Source: an uncultured Actinomycetes bacterium (GTDB taxonomy: Bacteria; Actinomycetota; UBA4738; JBBDTT01). From it: a DNA stretch of 64,000 bases. Made by a program: the position numbers and the translations under genes. The stretch spans positions 640,001 to 704,000 of the forward strand of contig CAVUMN010000004.1 in the NCBI GenBank assembly GCA_963742735.1, written 5' to 3'. The notes beneath the pieces are model-generated. The model was given only the letters and a program-made list of their open reading frames with translations. It did not search any database and was not told the origin of the DNA. Of the stretch, positions 1 to 9,508 are shown in pieces (position 1 is the first letter of the stretch; each line of letters begins with the position of its first letter).

Positions 1-2
1 CC

Positions 3-1280
3 GAGATGACCACCGAGCAGTTCGCTGAGCACGCCCGGGCGTCGGTGGCCGAGTTCGGGCGGACGAAGTCGCTCGACCGCTGGGACGAGTTCGCGGAGAT
101 GCTCTCCTATGTCCCGGGGGACTTCGCCGAGGAGGGCGGCTGCACCGCCCTGGCCGCGCACCTCGGGGATCTCGACGGCAGCCGGGGAACCGAGGGCCGG
201 CGCTTCTACTACGCGTCCACCCCGCCGTCGGTCTATCCCGGCATCGTTCGCCGGATCGGAGAGACCGGGATGGCCGAGAACGGCCGCGTCGTCCTGGAGA
301 AGCCCTTCGGTCAAGACCTGCAGAGCGCGCGAGAGCTCAACACGATCCTGCACGAGGTCTTCCGGGAGGAGCAGATCTTTCGGATCGACCACTACCTGGG
401 CAAGGAGACCGTCCAGAACATCCTGGCCTTCCGGTTCGCGAACGGGATGTTCGAGCCGATCTGGAACCGGCGCTACGTGGACAACGTGCAGATCACGGTG
501 GCCGAGGAGATCGGCATCGAGGGCCGGGGGTGGTTCTACGACCAGACCGGGACCATCCGCGACATGGTGCAGACCCACCTGTTCCAGGTGCTCACGTTCC
601 TGGCGATGGAGCCGCCGGTCTCCTTCGACCCCGAGCGTCTCCGCGACGAGAAGGTCCGGGTGCTGCGGTCGATGCAGCCGGTGGACCCGGCAAGGGTGGT
701 GCGCGGCCAGTTCCGGGGATACCGGGACGAGCCGGATGTGGCCAAGGATTCGGACACCGAGACGTTCGGGGCGCTGCAGGTCGAGGTCGACAACTGGCGG
801 TGGGCGGGCGTGCCGTTCAACCTCCGAACCGGCAAGGCGCTCGCGCGCAAGGTCACCGAGATCTCGCTCTCGTTCCGACATGTGCCCTACAACGTGTTCC
901 GCGGCACCGACGCGGCTCCCTCCGGCCGCGACGCGCTGGTCATCCGCGTGCAGCCCGACGAGGGGATCTCGCTGCACCTCAACATCAAGCGGCCCGGCCT
1001 GGGGATGGAGCTCGACCGGGCCACGCTGGACTTCGACTACGACCGATCGTTCAACCAGCCCCTGCTGGAGGCCTACGAGTACCTCCTGCTCGAGGCCATG
1101 GAGGGTGACCACTCGCTGTTCACGCGGGAGGACGAGGTGGAGCGGGCGTGGGAGGTCCTCCAGCCGGTGCTCGACGACCCGCCGCCACTGCTGATCTACG
1201 AGCCCGGCTCGTGGGGTCCCGAGGAGGCCCAGGAGCTGATCTTGCCGCGGCACTGGCACGTCACTCCGCCGCGGGAATAG
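3..1280 (+). CDS. zwf: Glucose-6-phosphate 1-dehydrogenase (5' end outside window)
   Basis: Motifs EKPFG, RIDHYLGKETVQN, RDMVQTHL, NWRWAGVPF.LRTGK and YEPGSWGP. The N-terminal Rossmann motif is missing and the frame is open to the window edge. Confidence 0.97.
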   Translation, partial: EMTTEQFAEHARASVAEFGRTKSLDRWDEFAEMLSYVPGDFAEEGGCTALAAHLGDLDGSRGTEGRRFYYASTPPSVYPGIVRRIGETGMAENGRVVLEKPFGQDLQSARELNTILHEVFREEQIFRIDHYLGKETVQNILAFRFANGMFEPIWNRRYVDNVQITVAEEIGIEGRGWFYDQTGTIRDMVQTHLFQVLTFLAMEPPVSFDPERLRDEKVRVLRSMQPVDPARVVRGQFRGYRDEPDVAKDSDTETFGALQVEVDNWRWAGVPFNLRTGKALARKVTEISLSFRHVPYNVFRGTDAAPSGRDALVIRVQPDEGISLHLNIKRPGLGMELDRATLDFDYDRSFNQPLLEAYEYLLLEAMEGDHSLFTREDEVERAWEVLQPVLDDPPPLLIYEPGSWGPEEAQELILPRHWHVTPPRE

Positions 1281-1284
1281 CCCG

Positions 1285-1322
1285 GAAGGAATGCGCCCCG
1301 ATGGTGTCGAATCGGTACCGCC
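1285..1322 (+). promoter_or_regulatory. Putative alternative-sigma promoter, copy 1 of a shared AGG..CGAAT motif
   Basis: AGGAA(1287-1291)-N16-CGAAT(1308-1312)-N10-ATG. The same layout occurs before two other secreted-protein genes. No SD sequence. Confidence 0.5.
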
Positions 1323-3410
1323 ATGCGCCCTGCCCGCTCTCGTCGCGCCCTGCTCGTGCTGCTCGTTCCCCTGATCGTCGGCCTGCCGGTCGGGGGGCCG
1401 GTGGCCGCCGATCCGCTCCCGGTGGTCGGCCAGGACCACACCGTGGACCCGGTCGTGCTCACCGGCGCGTCGTTCCGGACGTGGTCCGGCGGCCCGGAGA
1501 TCACCTTCCGCCGTCCCCAGGTGGCCCAGGCCACCCCGGCCAACCCGAGCGACTGCGAGGACGAGGCCGGGAACGAGCACGACCCGTCCACCGACCACTC
1601 GTGCAACCAGGAGCCCGACGCTCGCTTCGCTCCCGGCAACGGGGTTCCCGTGGACGGCCTGCTGGGCTACCGCTGGACCGGGAGCGGCTTCGAGCAGATC
1701 CCGTTCCAGGTGGACGAGAAGTTCGTGCGGTATCTCTCGAACAACCGGTCGGACTTCGCCATCTACTCCGGCGTCGACCAGCACACGACCTACGCGTGGG
1801 ACCGGGAGGGCTTCCGGTACACCGACGACGACCCCTCGAACCCCTGCCTGGCCACGCCCCGTAACGGCCTCGTGGCTCAGCCCGACCCGGTCGAGGGCCT
1901 CGACGACAACGACGAGCTCGTCTTCATGTGGCGAGACGCGGCGGGACAGGCTCCCGCGTCGGCCGAGCTGCCGGCGCAGATCGCGGACATGCGCCAGGTC
2001 ACGGTCGTGGATCCGACGAATCCCCTCGACGTCCGCTACGTCTACGTGGCCCTGCGGGAGGCGGCCGGTCCCGACCCCGCCTACACGGCCCAGACGGGCT
2101 ACGTCCGGTACGAGCGCGACGCCGACGCGGACGTCTACCACTTCTCCGAGTCCTCCTACGAGGGCTACGGCGCCGCGCCACAGGGCCCGTACTACGACCC
2201 CGCCACCGGGCGGTGCGTGCTGAGCCCGATCATCCAGCGTCGCCCCCTCGACACGGCGTGGGTGACCACCGATACCTACAAGTTCCGCTACGACGGCCGC
2301 TGGCTCATGACCCAGCTCCTGGTCCGTCAGCCCGACGGCTCGTACGGCCCCGACCTGATCGACCGGTGGAAGGCCCGCGCGTTCCAGCAGGACCCCGACT
2401 CCGAGACCCCGTGCTGCGGCTACGAGGAGGAGGACACGAACTGGGGCGGCTCCTCGATCCTGATGGGCGAGCGGTCCGGCGCGGTTCGGACGATTCGCGA
2501 GACGTGGGGGGCGGACTCGGGGACGAACGTGATCCGCCGCGAGGTGTTCTACCGCGACCAGATCCAGTACCAGACCTACCTGCGGGTCCACGTGATCCCG
2601 CCGCTCGACGGCATCTACCAGCAGTGGGACTACAACGCGAACCGCATCACCCGGTACTACAACCCGCAGAGACCCGCCGGGGTGAAGGTCGACGGGATGA
2701 ACGACGAGGTGTTCGGGAACTTCGACGACCCGTGCACCGCGAAGTGGGACGGCACCCACACCCACGACGTCCTCACGCCGACCTATCGCGAGGCCTACCG
2801 GACCGCCGGCCTGTGCGGCTTGCCGTACCACCAGAGCGTCGACCTTCTGGACCCGACACACTCGGCGGTGAACTCCGCCCTGCAGTGGGAGCAGCTCGCC
2901 GGCCCGTACGGGTCGATCGTCACCCGCAGCGCGCTGAACGAGGTCACCGCGGGCGGAGCCGTCCAGTCGATCTTCGCGGTCCCGTACTACCGGGACGACG
3001 CGTGCTTCGACGACGGGACGGGGACCGACCCCGGCCCGCGGCTGCGTCCCCGGAGCAACAACGAGCCGACCACGTACGTGAACCCGGCGAATCCGGGCGG
3101 TACCGTCCGGCCCCGCCGGTGCTGGACCGACAGCGCCGGTACGCCCAACCCCGCGTTCGCGCCGCAGGGCGACATCCGGGTGTTCCAGGGATCGATCGGA
3201 TCTCACGGCCTGCACCTGCTGTTCGTGGCCGAGTCCGACAACGCGTCGCTCACGGTGCCCCTCACCGAGATCGACGGCGTGCAGCGCCAGGTGATCCTGC
3301 GTGGCGAGCAGCCGAACGTGGGGGAGCGCTACGGGCGCTGGATCGAGTTCCCGCTCGTCGCGCTGGTCGGCGCGCTCCCGGTAGGCATGACCCCCGTCCC
3401 GGCCGGGTAA
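1323..3410 (+). CDS. Secreted hypothetical protein, 695 aa
   Basis: Signal peptide (RSRRALLVLLVPLIVGLPVGGPVAA/D), strong GC3 codon bias, rich in Asp, Tyr, Trp and Cys. No family recognised. Confidence 0.85.
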   Translation: MRPARSRRALLVLLVPLIVGLPVGGPVAADPLPVVGQDHTVDPVVLTGASFRTWSGGPEITFRRPQVAQATPANPSDCEDEAGNEHDPSTDHSCNQEPDARFAPGNGVPVDGLLGYRWTGSGFEQIPFQVDEKFVRYLSNNRSDFAIYSGVDQHTTYAWDREGFRYTDDDPSNPCLATPRNGLVAQPDPVEGLDDNDELVFMWRDAAGQAPASAELPAQIADMRQVTVVDPTNPLDVRYVYVALREAAGPDPAYTAQTGYVRYERDADADVYHFSESSYEGYGAAPQGPYYDPATGRCVLSPIIQRRPLDTAWVTTDTYKFRYDGRWLMTQLLVRQPDGSYGPDLIDRWKARAFQQDPDSETPCCGYEEEDTNWGGSSILMGERSGAVRTIRETWGADSGTNVIRREVFYRDQIQYQTYLRVHVIPPLDGIYQQWDYNANRITRYYNPQRPAGVKVDGMNDEVFGNFDDPCTAKWDGTHTHDVLTPTYREAYRTAGLCGLPYHQSVDLLDPTHSAVNSALQWEQLAGPYGSIVTRSALNEVTAGGAVQSIFAVPYYRDDACFDDGTGTDPGPRLRPRSNNEPTTYVNPANPGGTVRPRRCWTDSAGTPNPAFAPQGDIRVFQGSIGSHGLHLLFVAESDNASLTVPLTEIDGVQRQVILRGEQPNVGERYGRWIEFPLVALVGALPVGMTPVPAG

Positions 3411-3450
3411 GTACCGGCTTCACGGCGCCCCATCCCCCGATCGCCCGCTG

Positions 3451-4335
3451 GTGAGGTGGTTGCTCGTGCTGGCGCGCCATGCGGAGCTCGTGAGCGTGGA
3501 ATGGGCCCTGGACCACGGGGTTCGGATCCTGATCGTCCTGGCCGCCGCGACGGTGGTCTCGTGGCTGGCCCGGCAGTCCTTCCGGCGGATGCGCCGCCGG
3601 CTCGAGGGAACGGAGACCGTCACCCAGGAGTTGGATCCGACCCGGTCGGCGACGCTCACGACCTCGCTCTCCAGCGCGATCCGCGTGCTGATCTGGACCG
3701 TGGCCATCCTGTTGGTTCTGGGGGAGTTCGGGATGAACCTGGCCCCGTTGCTCGCCGGCGCCGGGGTGGCCGGCGTGGCCCTCGGGTTCGGCGCCCAGAA
3801 CCTGGTCAAGGACTTCCTCAGCGGCTTCTTCATCCTGCTCGAGCAGCAGTTCGGGGTGGGGCAGGTCGTCTCGCTGTCCACCGAGGGCGGACCCGTCGAG
3901 GGCAAGGTGGAATCGATGAGCCTGCGGGTCACCGCGGTGCGGTCGTTCGACGGGACACTCAACGTGGTGCCGAACGGCAACATCCTCCTGGTCGGGAACC
4001 AGGCGCGGGGCTGGGCCCGCGCGATCGTCGACGTGAGCGTGGACTACGAGGAGGACCTGGACACCATCCGCGAGCTGCTCGATGAGCTGTTCGAGGAGCT
4101 CCGGGAGGACGAGGACCTCGCGGGCATCCTGTTCTCCGGACCGAAGGTCCTGGGGGTCGAGGCGCTGGGGGACCAGGAGGTCGTCCTCCGCGTGGTCGCG
4201 CGGACGAAGCCTTCGCGGCGGCCCCACGTCGAGCGGGAGCTTCGCCGGCGGATCAAGGAGCGCTTCGGCGCCCGCGGCGTGCGGGTGCCCATGGGCCGGC
4301 GGGTGCTCGTGTCGTCGGGGTTCCCGGGCGAGTAG
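3451..4335 (+). CDS. mscS: Small-conductance mechanosensitive channel (MscS/YbiO-like)
   Basis: LLAGAGVAGVALGFGAQNLVKDFLSGFFILLE, G.VE.MSLRVT and VPNG motifs; three N-terminal hydrophobic segments. Confidence 0.92.
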   Translation: MRWLLVLARHAELVSVEWALDHGVRILIVLAAATVVSWLARQSFRRMRRRLEGTETVTQELDPTRSATLTTSLSSAIRVLIWTVAILLVLGEFGMNLAPLLAGAGVAGVALGFGAQNLVKDFLSGFFILLEQQFGVGQVVSLSTEGGPVEGKVESMSLRVTAVRSFDGTLNVVPNGNILLVGNQARGWARAIVDVSVDYEEDLDTIRELLDELFEELREDEDLAGILFSGPKVLGVEALGDQEVVLRVVARTKPSRRPHVERELRRRIKERFGARGVRVPMGRRVLVSSGFPGE

Positions 4336-4341
4336 CCCGGC

Positions 4342-6588
4342 TCAGGCCACCGGCGCGATCCGCAGGACGCGCGCGGAGTGCTTCGTCGGCGCCGCAACGA
4401 CGTAGCCCGCCCGGAGCTGGGTGCCCGTGACCGTGCCGAGCCACGCGCCGGTGACGACGTCGGTGACCCGGTAGGTCAGGTCGGCGCGGACGCTGCGCAG
4501 GCGCAGGCTCACGCTCGCCTGGTTCGTGTTCTGGCGGAACGCGAAGACGTAGCCGCGATGGGTGTCGGGGTTCCACGGCTGGAGGGCGGCCCAGTTGGTG
4601 CCCGGCATCGGGTCCGCCAGCAGTGGATACACGACCATCTTCCCGAGCTCGTCCCGGTGCGCCTTGTACAGGTCCGTCCAGAACCTCGTGCGCGTGACCT
4701 GAGCCGGTGTGAGCGTCGGCAGGTCGCGCCAGAACGTCATGTGCGACAGCATCGCCGCCGCCATGAGGTAGTCCACGCTGTACGTCCCCAGGGCGGTCGC
4801 CGCGGCCTGACCGATCGAGTACGTCGGGACGTACGGGGCGACGAGCCACAGGTTGTGCAACAGGATGTTCGGCGCCGGGGACCCGTTCTGGAACCACGAC
4901 GGCCCCCGTGCCACGGACTCGTACGGCCACATCCGGAAGTCGTTGGTCTCGTCGATCTGGAAGGTGACCTCCGGGTGCCGCGCGTGCAGCCGGTCGATCA
5001 TCGACACGAACACCTCGCGGTACCGATACATCGAGGTCGGGAACGGGTTCACGCAGTCGAGCCACACCAGAAAGTCGAACTTGAAGTACCGGGCGCCGTC
5101 CCGGGTGATGGCGCGCTCGATCTTCGCCTGGAGGTCGTCGATCATCCGGCCCCCGATGGAGACCGCGTCGGGGTTCCAGACGCCGATCCCGGCTTCCGCC
5201 GAGCCGCCCAGGATGGCCTCGCCGAGTGGGGTCCCGTTGGCGAGCCCCGTGGCGGTGCCCAGCGGCACGCACGACCACAGCGGGTTGGTGCGGAACGCGG
5301 CCGAGTCCGGGTGGAACGACATCGGGCTCATCCACAGGCCCAGGTTCATGCCCCGCTGCTCCAGGTCCGCGCTGATCTCGGGGAACCCGTTGGGGAACCT
5401 CCGAGGGTCCGGCTCCCAGTCGCCGGAGTTGAGCTGCCAGCCGTCGTCCAGGATGAAGGTCTCGATCCCGAGCTGCTCGGCCACGGCCACCTGGCGGAGG
5501 TACTCCGCCTTGTCCACGGAGTCCTTGGCCCCGCCGGGGGTGTTGTAGGGCAGGCGGTCCCCGTCGATGTTGTTCGTGTTGAAGGTGATCGCCCGGGGGT
5601 AGCTCCACCCGCCCGCCTGCAGGTACTTCTCGTGCTGCCAGGGCTCGTCGTCGGGGTGCGTTGACAGGCCCACGAAGGCCGGCTCGAGCACCAGAGGAGC
5701 GAGGGCCGTGGCGATGCGGTGCCGAACGGGGACCGGGGTCGGGTTCTCGACGTGCACGTCGGACTCGATCGGCCCGGTGACGATGATGTCCTGGGTCAGG
5801 TCGGTCTCCGCGGCCACCCGCCCTCCGGCGAACGACACCCTGGACGAGGGCAGGTTCGGCCGCTGGGAGACGACGAAGACGCTCTGTCCGCCGTTGTGTC
5901 GAGCCGTGACCCAGTTGCCGTACTGCTCGTACGGCCCGCCCTTCGGGCCCTGGGTCTGGACCCGCCAGTCGCTGCGTCCGCCGCGCGGGGCCTCGTCTCC
6001 GATGGTGATCGAGGGCGACCATCCGTCCTCGTCGCGCCAGTCGCTACCGGAGTGGAACGTCTGCCCGATCGGGGTGATGTTGCTCGTGAACCGGGTGGTG
6101 AGCTCGCCCATGGAGTAGCCGGTCACCGGCAGGACGACCAGGGCCTTGACCACGGTCTGGGTCCGGAATCCCGCGAGCCCGGGCCACGCGTCCACCAGGT
6201 AGTCCACGGCGAACAGCGCCGGGCCCGAGAGATGCATGGTCACCCGAGCGCCGCCGTTGGGCAGGGCCGAGCGCTCGGCCGAGTCCAGGGTGAAGTCCGA
6301 GGACGTGAAGTCCAGGATGCCGACGGTGATCGTGAAGTCGTCGGACGTCCCCGGCGCCACCCACTCGAGGGCGGTGCGCTTGTCCAGGAACGAGGTGGTC
6401 TGGAACCCGCCGCCGGCCGTGTCTCGCCACTTGCGCACCACCGTGCCGGTGTCGATCTGCACCTTGTCGTCGCTGAGCTCGATCTGCAGGATCGGGTCGG
6501 CCAGGGCGGGGCGGGTGGCGGGCTGGCCGGACAGGCCGAGCGCCAGGAGCAGGGTGAGCAGGGCGCGGGGCGCCCGGAGCGCGGACAT
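4342..6588 (-). CDS. Secreted glycoside hydrolase, alpha-galactosidase-like (GH36/clan GH-D), 748 aa
   Basis: FILDDGWQ, GDW.PD..RFP.G, GLWM.P and YFKFDF (KxD nucleophile). Start set at MSALRAPRALLTLLLAL, a signal peptide. Confidence 0.82.
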   Translation of the reverse strand: MSALRAPRALLTLLLALGLSGQPATRPALADPILQIELSDDKVQIDTGTVVRKWRDTAGGGFQTTSFLDKRTALEWVAPGTSDDFTITVGILDFTSSDFTLDSAERSALPNGGARVTMHLSGPALFAVDYLVDAWPGLAGFRTQTVVKALVVLPVTGYSMGELTTRFTSNITPIGQTFHSGSDWRDEDGWSPSITIGDEAPRGGRSDWRVQTQGPKGGPYEQYGNWVTARHNGGQSVFVVSQRPNLPSSRVSFAGGRVAAETDLTQDIIVTGPIESDVHVENPTPVPVRHRIATALAPLVLEPAFVGLSTHPDDEPWQHEKYLQAGGWSYPRAITFNTNNIDGDRLPYNTPGGAKDSVDKAEYLRQVAVAEQLGIETFILDDGWQLNSGDWEPDPRRFPNGFPEISADLEQRGMNLGLWMSPMSFHPDSAAFRTNPLWSCVPLGTATGLANGTPLGEAILGGSAEAGIGVWNPDAVSIGGRMIDDLQAKIERAITRDGARYFKFDFLVWLDCVNPFPTSMYRYREVFVSMIDRLHARHPEVTFQIDETNDFRMWPYESVARGPSWFQNGSPAPNILLHNLWLVAPYVPTYSIGQAAATALGTYSVDYLMAAAMLSHMTFWRDLPTLTPAQVTRTRFWTDLYKAHRDELGKMVVYPLLADPMPGTNWAALQPWNPDTHRGYVFAFRQNTNQASVSLRLRSVRADLTYRVTDVVTGAWLGTVTGTQLRAGYVVAAPTKHSARVLRIAPVA

Positions 6589-6625
6589 AGGTTGACCGAT
6601 TCGCGGTCGGCGGGCGCGTTCCTGC
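6589..6625 (-). promoter_or_regulatory. Putative alternative-sigma promoter, copy 2 of shared motif
   Basis: Minus strand reads GCAGGAA-N15-CGAAT-N10-ATG(6588). CGAATCGGT is identical to copy 1. Confidence 0.5.
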
Positions 6626-6637
6626 ATCCTTGCTCCC

Positions 6638-8020
6638 GTGCGGCAGCAGGTCGTGTTCGGGCAGGGCTTCGTCGAGGCGGAGCTTCCCGACCGCACGCAG
6701 GTGATCTCGGCGGGGGTCTCCATCCCGCTCGAGCCCGTGGCCGACCTGGCCGGAGCCGTCCGCGCCGCGCTGGACGCGCCGCTGGACCTTCCGCCGCTGC
6801 GCGAGCTGGCCCGCGGCAAGGGCCGGGTCACCGTGGCCTTCGACGACGCGACGGTGCCGTGCTACGCGCCGATGTGGGTCGAGGCGATGCCGAAGATCCT
6901 GGACGACCTGGCTGCGGCCGGCGTGCCCCGAGAGGCGATCACGCTGGTCTGCGCCAACGCCCTGCATCGCCAGTTCACCCACCAGGAGCTCGGGCGGCTG
7001 ATGGGCGAGGGGCTCGTCCGGGAGTGGGCCGACCGGCTGGTGTGCCACGACGCCGAGGACGCGTCAAACCTCGAGCACCTGGGGACGACGGCGTCGGGGT
7101 TGAACGTGGAGCTCTCGCGCCACGTCACCGACGCCGACCTGGTGATCTACCTCAACTGCTCGACCACGCGCGGGTTCAGCGGCGGCTGGAAGTCGGTGTG
7201 CGTCGGGCTGTCGACGTACCGGTCCATCGCCCACCACCACAACCCCGACGACATGTCGATGTCCCTCGACGGCAACCGCATGCACGAGATGCTCGACGAG
7301 ATGGGCGCGCTCGTGGTCGAACGCCTCGGTGCCGACCGGGTGTTCAAGGTCGAGACCGTCCTGGCCAACCCGCTGCAGGTGGCGAGGGTCGTCGCCGGGA
7401 CGGTGGACGCCTGCCGCGCCGAGGTCCTCGACGTCATGCGGGCCAAGCAGCCGTCCCGGCGCTCACTCGTGGACGAGCGGACCGACGTGGTGCTGTACGG
7501 GGTCCCGGACTGGAGCCCGTACGCCGCCTACTCGTACACCAACCCGATCCTCACCCTGATCTCCACCGGGCTGGGGTACCTCGGCGGGATGATCGAGGCG
7601 GTCGGGAAACCGGGGTGCACGGTGATCCTGGCGACGCCGTGCCCGAACCGTTGGGACGACGAGCGGCATCCCTCCTACCGGGAGGTCTGGGAGCGGGTGC
7701 TCCCCGAGACGCTCGATCCGTACGAGGCGCAGCATCGGTACGCGGGGGAGTTCGCGAGCCGCGAGGACTACCGGCAGGCGTACCGCGAACGGTTCGGCTT
7801 CCACGGGGTCCACGGGATCATGGCGTTGTACCCGCTCAAGCGGCTGAAGCACGCCGCGCGCGTGATCGTGGCCGGTGCGGAGGACGCGGGCGTGGTTCGC
7901 CACGTCGGCTTCGAGCCCGCGGCGTCGATCGAGGACGCCCTGTCGATCGCCCACGGGCACCACGGTTCGGAGGCAAACGTCGCCTTCGTCCCGTATCCGC
8001 TGGCCCTCAGTCGCAGCTAG
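6638..8020 (+). CDS. Lactate racemase (LarA/DUF2088) family protein
   Basis: ALDAPLD.PPL.ELA, VTVAFDDAT, CANALHR, LVCHDAED and GFSGGWKS (resembles LarA GFSGGRK). Confidence 0.8.
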   Translation: MRQQVVFGQGFVEAELPDRTQVISAGVSIPLEPVADLAGAVRAALDAPLDLPPLRELARGKGRVTVAFDDATVPCYAPMWVEAMPKILDDLAAAGVPREAITLVCANALHRQFTHQELGRLMGEGLVREWADRLVCHDAEDASNLEHLGTTASGLNVELSRHVTDADLVIYLNCSTTRGFSGGWKSVCVGLSTYRSIAHHHNPDDMSMSLDGNRMHEMLDEMGALVVERLGADRVFKVETVLANPLQVARVVAGTVDACRAEVLDVMRAKQPSRRSLVDERTDVVLYGVPDWSPYAAYSYTNPILTLISTGLGYLGGMIEAVGKPGCTVILATPCPNRWDDERHPSYREVWERVLPETLDPYEAQHRYAGEFASREDYRQAYRERFGFHGVHGIMALYPLKRLKHAARVIVAGAEDAGVVRHVGFEPAASIEDALSIAHGHHGSEANVAFVPYPLALSRS

Positions 8021-8023
8021 CGA

Positions 8024-8049
8024 GTTCGCGACAGGGCCCGAGCGGGTAC
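8024..8049 (+). promoter_or_regulatory. Putative SigB/SigF-type general-stress promoter
   Basis: GTTC(8024-8027)-N16-GGGTAC(8044-8049), close to the GTTT-N15/17-GGGTA consensus; SD AAGGAGGAGG lies downstream. Confidence 0.55.
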
Positions 8050-8083
8050 ATCTACGTCCACGAAGTTCACGAAGGAGGAGGCC

Positions 8084-8239
8084 ATGGGTACCGCGTTGCT
8101 GATCATCCTCCTCGCGCTGCTGCTGGGCGGAGTGGGCCTGGCGGTCGAGGCGCTCAGGTGGGTGTTGATCATCGGGATCGTGTTGCTGCTGATCGGTGCG
8201 TTCAGCGGGTTCCGGAGCTACGGGGGCCGAGGGGTCTAG
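8084..8239 (+). CDS. Small two-helix membrane protein, 51 aa (absent from ORF track)
   Basis: MGTALLIILLALLLGGVGLAVEALRWVLIIGIVLLLIGAFSGFRSYGGRGV; strong SD; fills the intergenic gap. Confidence 0.8.
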   Translation: MGTALLIILLALLLGGVGLAVEALRWVLIIGIVLLLIGAFSGFRSYGGRGV

Positions 8240-9471
8240 CGAACGCCTAGCTCGGGGCGCGCGATGTACAGCGGTGAGGTGAGCGCGCTCATCAGGTAGT
8301 GGTGCGTGAGGCATCGCGGCCGCTCGTCCTGCGGCAGGGTCGCCGGCAGGCAGAGCAGGTCGGATGCCTCTCGCGCATCCGCGAGGTCCTCGACGTACAC
8401 CTCGGCCCGGACCCACGTGCTGCCCGCCTCGGCCGCGAAGGTGTGCGCGAAGTCGTTCGACGTGATCGTCACCTGCTCGAGTGACTCCCCGCCCGTGGTG
8501 ACGAGCTGGAGGACCTGGCCGAAGCCGTTGCGCACCCGAACCCGGAAGCTCGAGGCGGGCGGCACGGTGCCGCCGACCATCGTCTCGTAGATCCCGTTGC
8601 GGTTCGCGTCGGCCTCCAGGTACACGAGGGTCGGCGCCTGCGTCGGCGGGTTGGCGCTCACGAACGTGCGCCCCAGCCGCAACCCGTTGAGGATCTGGCG
8701 CACCGTGGTTCCGCTGGAGTAGATCCACGTGGTGGGCTGGCCGACCCCTTGAATCGGGAACGTCAGGCGCCAGTGGCTGTCGCTGCCGCCCGTCGCCGCG
8801 ACGTGCTTGCCGGTGTCGAGCCAGGCGTTCCAGAACTCGAGCGCCTCGGGGTTGTTCGAGGCGACCAGCCCGTCGCCCTCGAGGTCGCGCTGGTTCGCCC
8901 ACGGGAGGTTCCAGACCTCGATCGTGTCGAAGTTCGAGACCTCCGGGCCGTAGCCCCAAGTCGGGTCCATCGGGTGGTTGATCTGGAACAGTCCGCGGTC
9001 GGCGTGGAGCGCGTCGATCATGGCGTTGACCGCCGGCGCCTCGTCGTTCCCGCTGTCGTAGACGCGGTGCGCGCCGAGCATCTGGGCGTGCCCGTGCAGC
9101 GAGTTCTCGTACGCGGGGATCAGGGTCAGCCTCGAGGAGTGGTAGCCGGGGTCGGTCTGGTGCTCGACGGTGTTGTGGTCGGTCAGGGCGATGTAGTCGA
9201 GGCCCCTCGACTCGGCGTTCGCGATCTGCTCGGCCGGGCTGAAGCCCCAGGTGTAGAACTCGTCGCCGCACTCGGTGCCGTCGTGGCGGGTGGTGGGCGT
9301 CTCGCAGACGTCGTGGGACCAGTAGGTGTGCACATGGAGATCGCCGGCCAGCCAGCCGTAGTCGGACTTGGCCTTGATCGGCCCGGCCCCGGCCCCGGAG
9401 GGCATCGCCAGGACGACCGCCGCCACCAAGAGGGCGAACGAAAGGAGGGCGCGGAGCGGGCGCTGGGCCAC
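8236..9471 (-). CDS. Secreted PHP-domain metallohydrolase (CehA/McbA-like), 411 aa
   Basis: WLAGDLHVHT..SHD, GLDYIALTDHN, INHP, IEVWN and GGSDSH; signal peptide. GTG 9471 preferred, ATG 9537 is an alternative. Confidence 0.87.
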   Translation of the reverse strand: MAQRPLRALLSFALLVAAVVLAMPSGAGAGPIKAKSDYGWLAGDLHVHTYWSHDVCETPTTRHDGTECGDEFYTWGFSPAEQIANAESRGLDYIALTDHNTVEHQTDPGYHSSRLTLIPAYENSLHGHAQMLGAHRVYDSGNDEAPAVNAMIDALHADRGLFQINHPMDPTWGYGPEVSNFDTIEVWNLPWANQRDLEGDGLVASNNPEALEFWNAWLDTGKHVAATGGSDSHWRLTFPIQGVGQPTTWIYSSGTTVRQILNGLRLGRTFVSANPPTQAPTLVYLEADANRNGIYETMVGGTVPPASSFRVRVRNGFGQVLQLVTTGGESLEQVTITSNDFAHTFAAEAGSTWVRAEVYVEDLADAREASDLLCLPATLPQDERPRCLTHHYLMSALTSPLYIARPELGVR

Positions 9472-9508
9472 GTGGGGTGGATTCGCCCCGATTGACGCCG
9501 GAACCTGC
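9472..9508 (-). promoter_or_regulatory. Putative alternative-sigma promoter, copy 3 of shared motif
   Basis: Minus strand reads GCAGGTT-N16-CGAAT-N9-GTG(9471). Confidence 0.45.
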
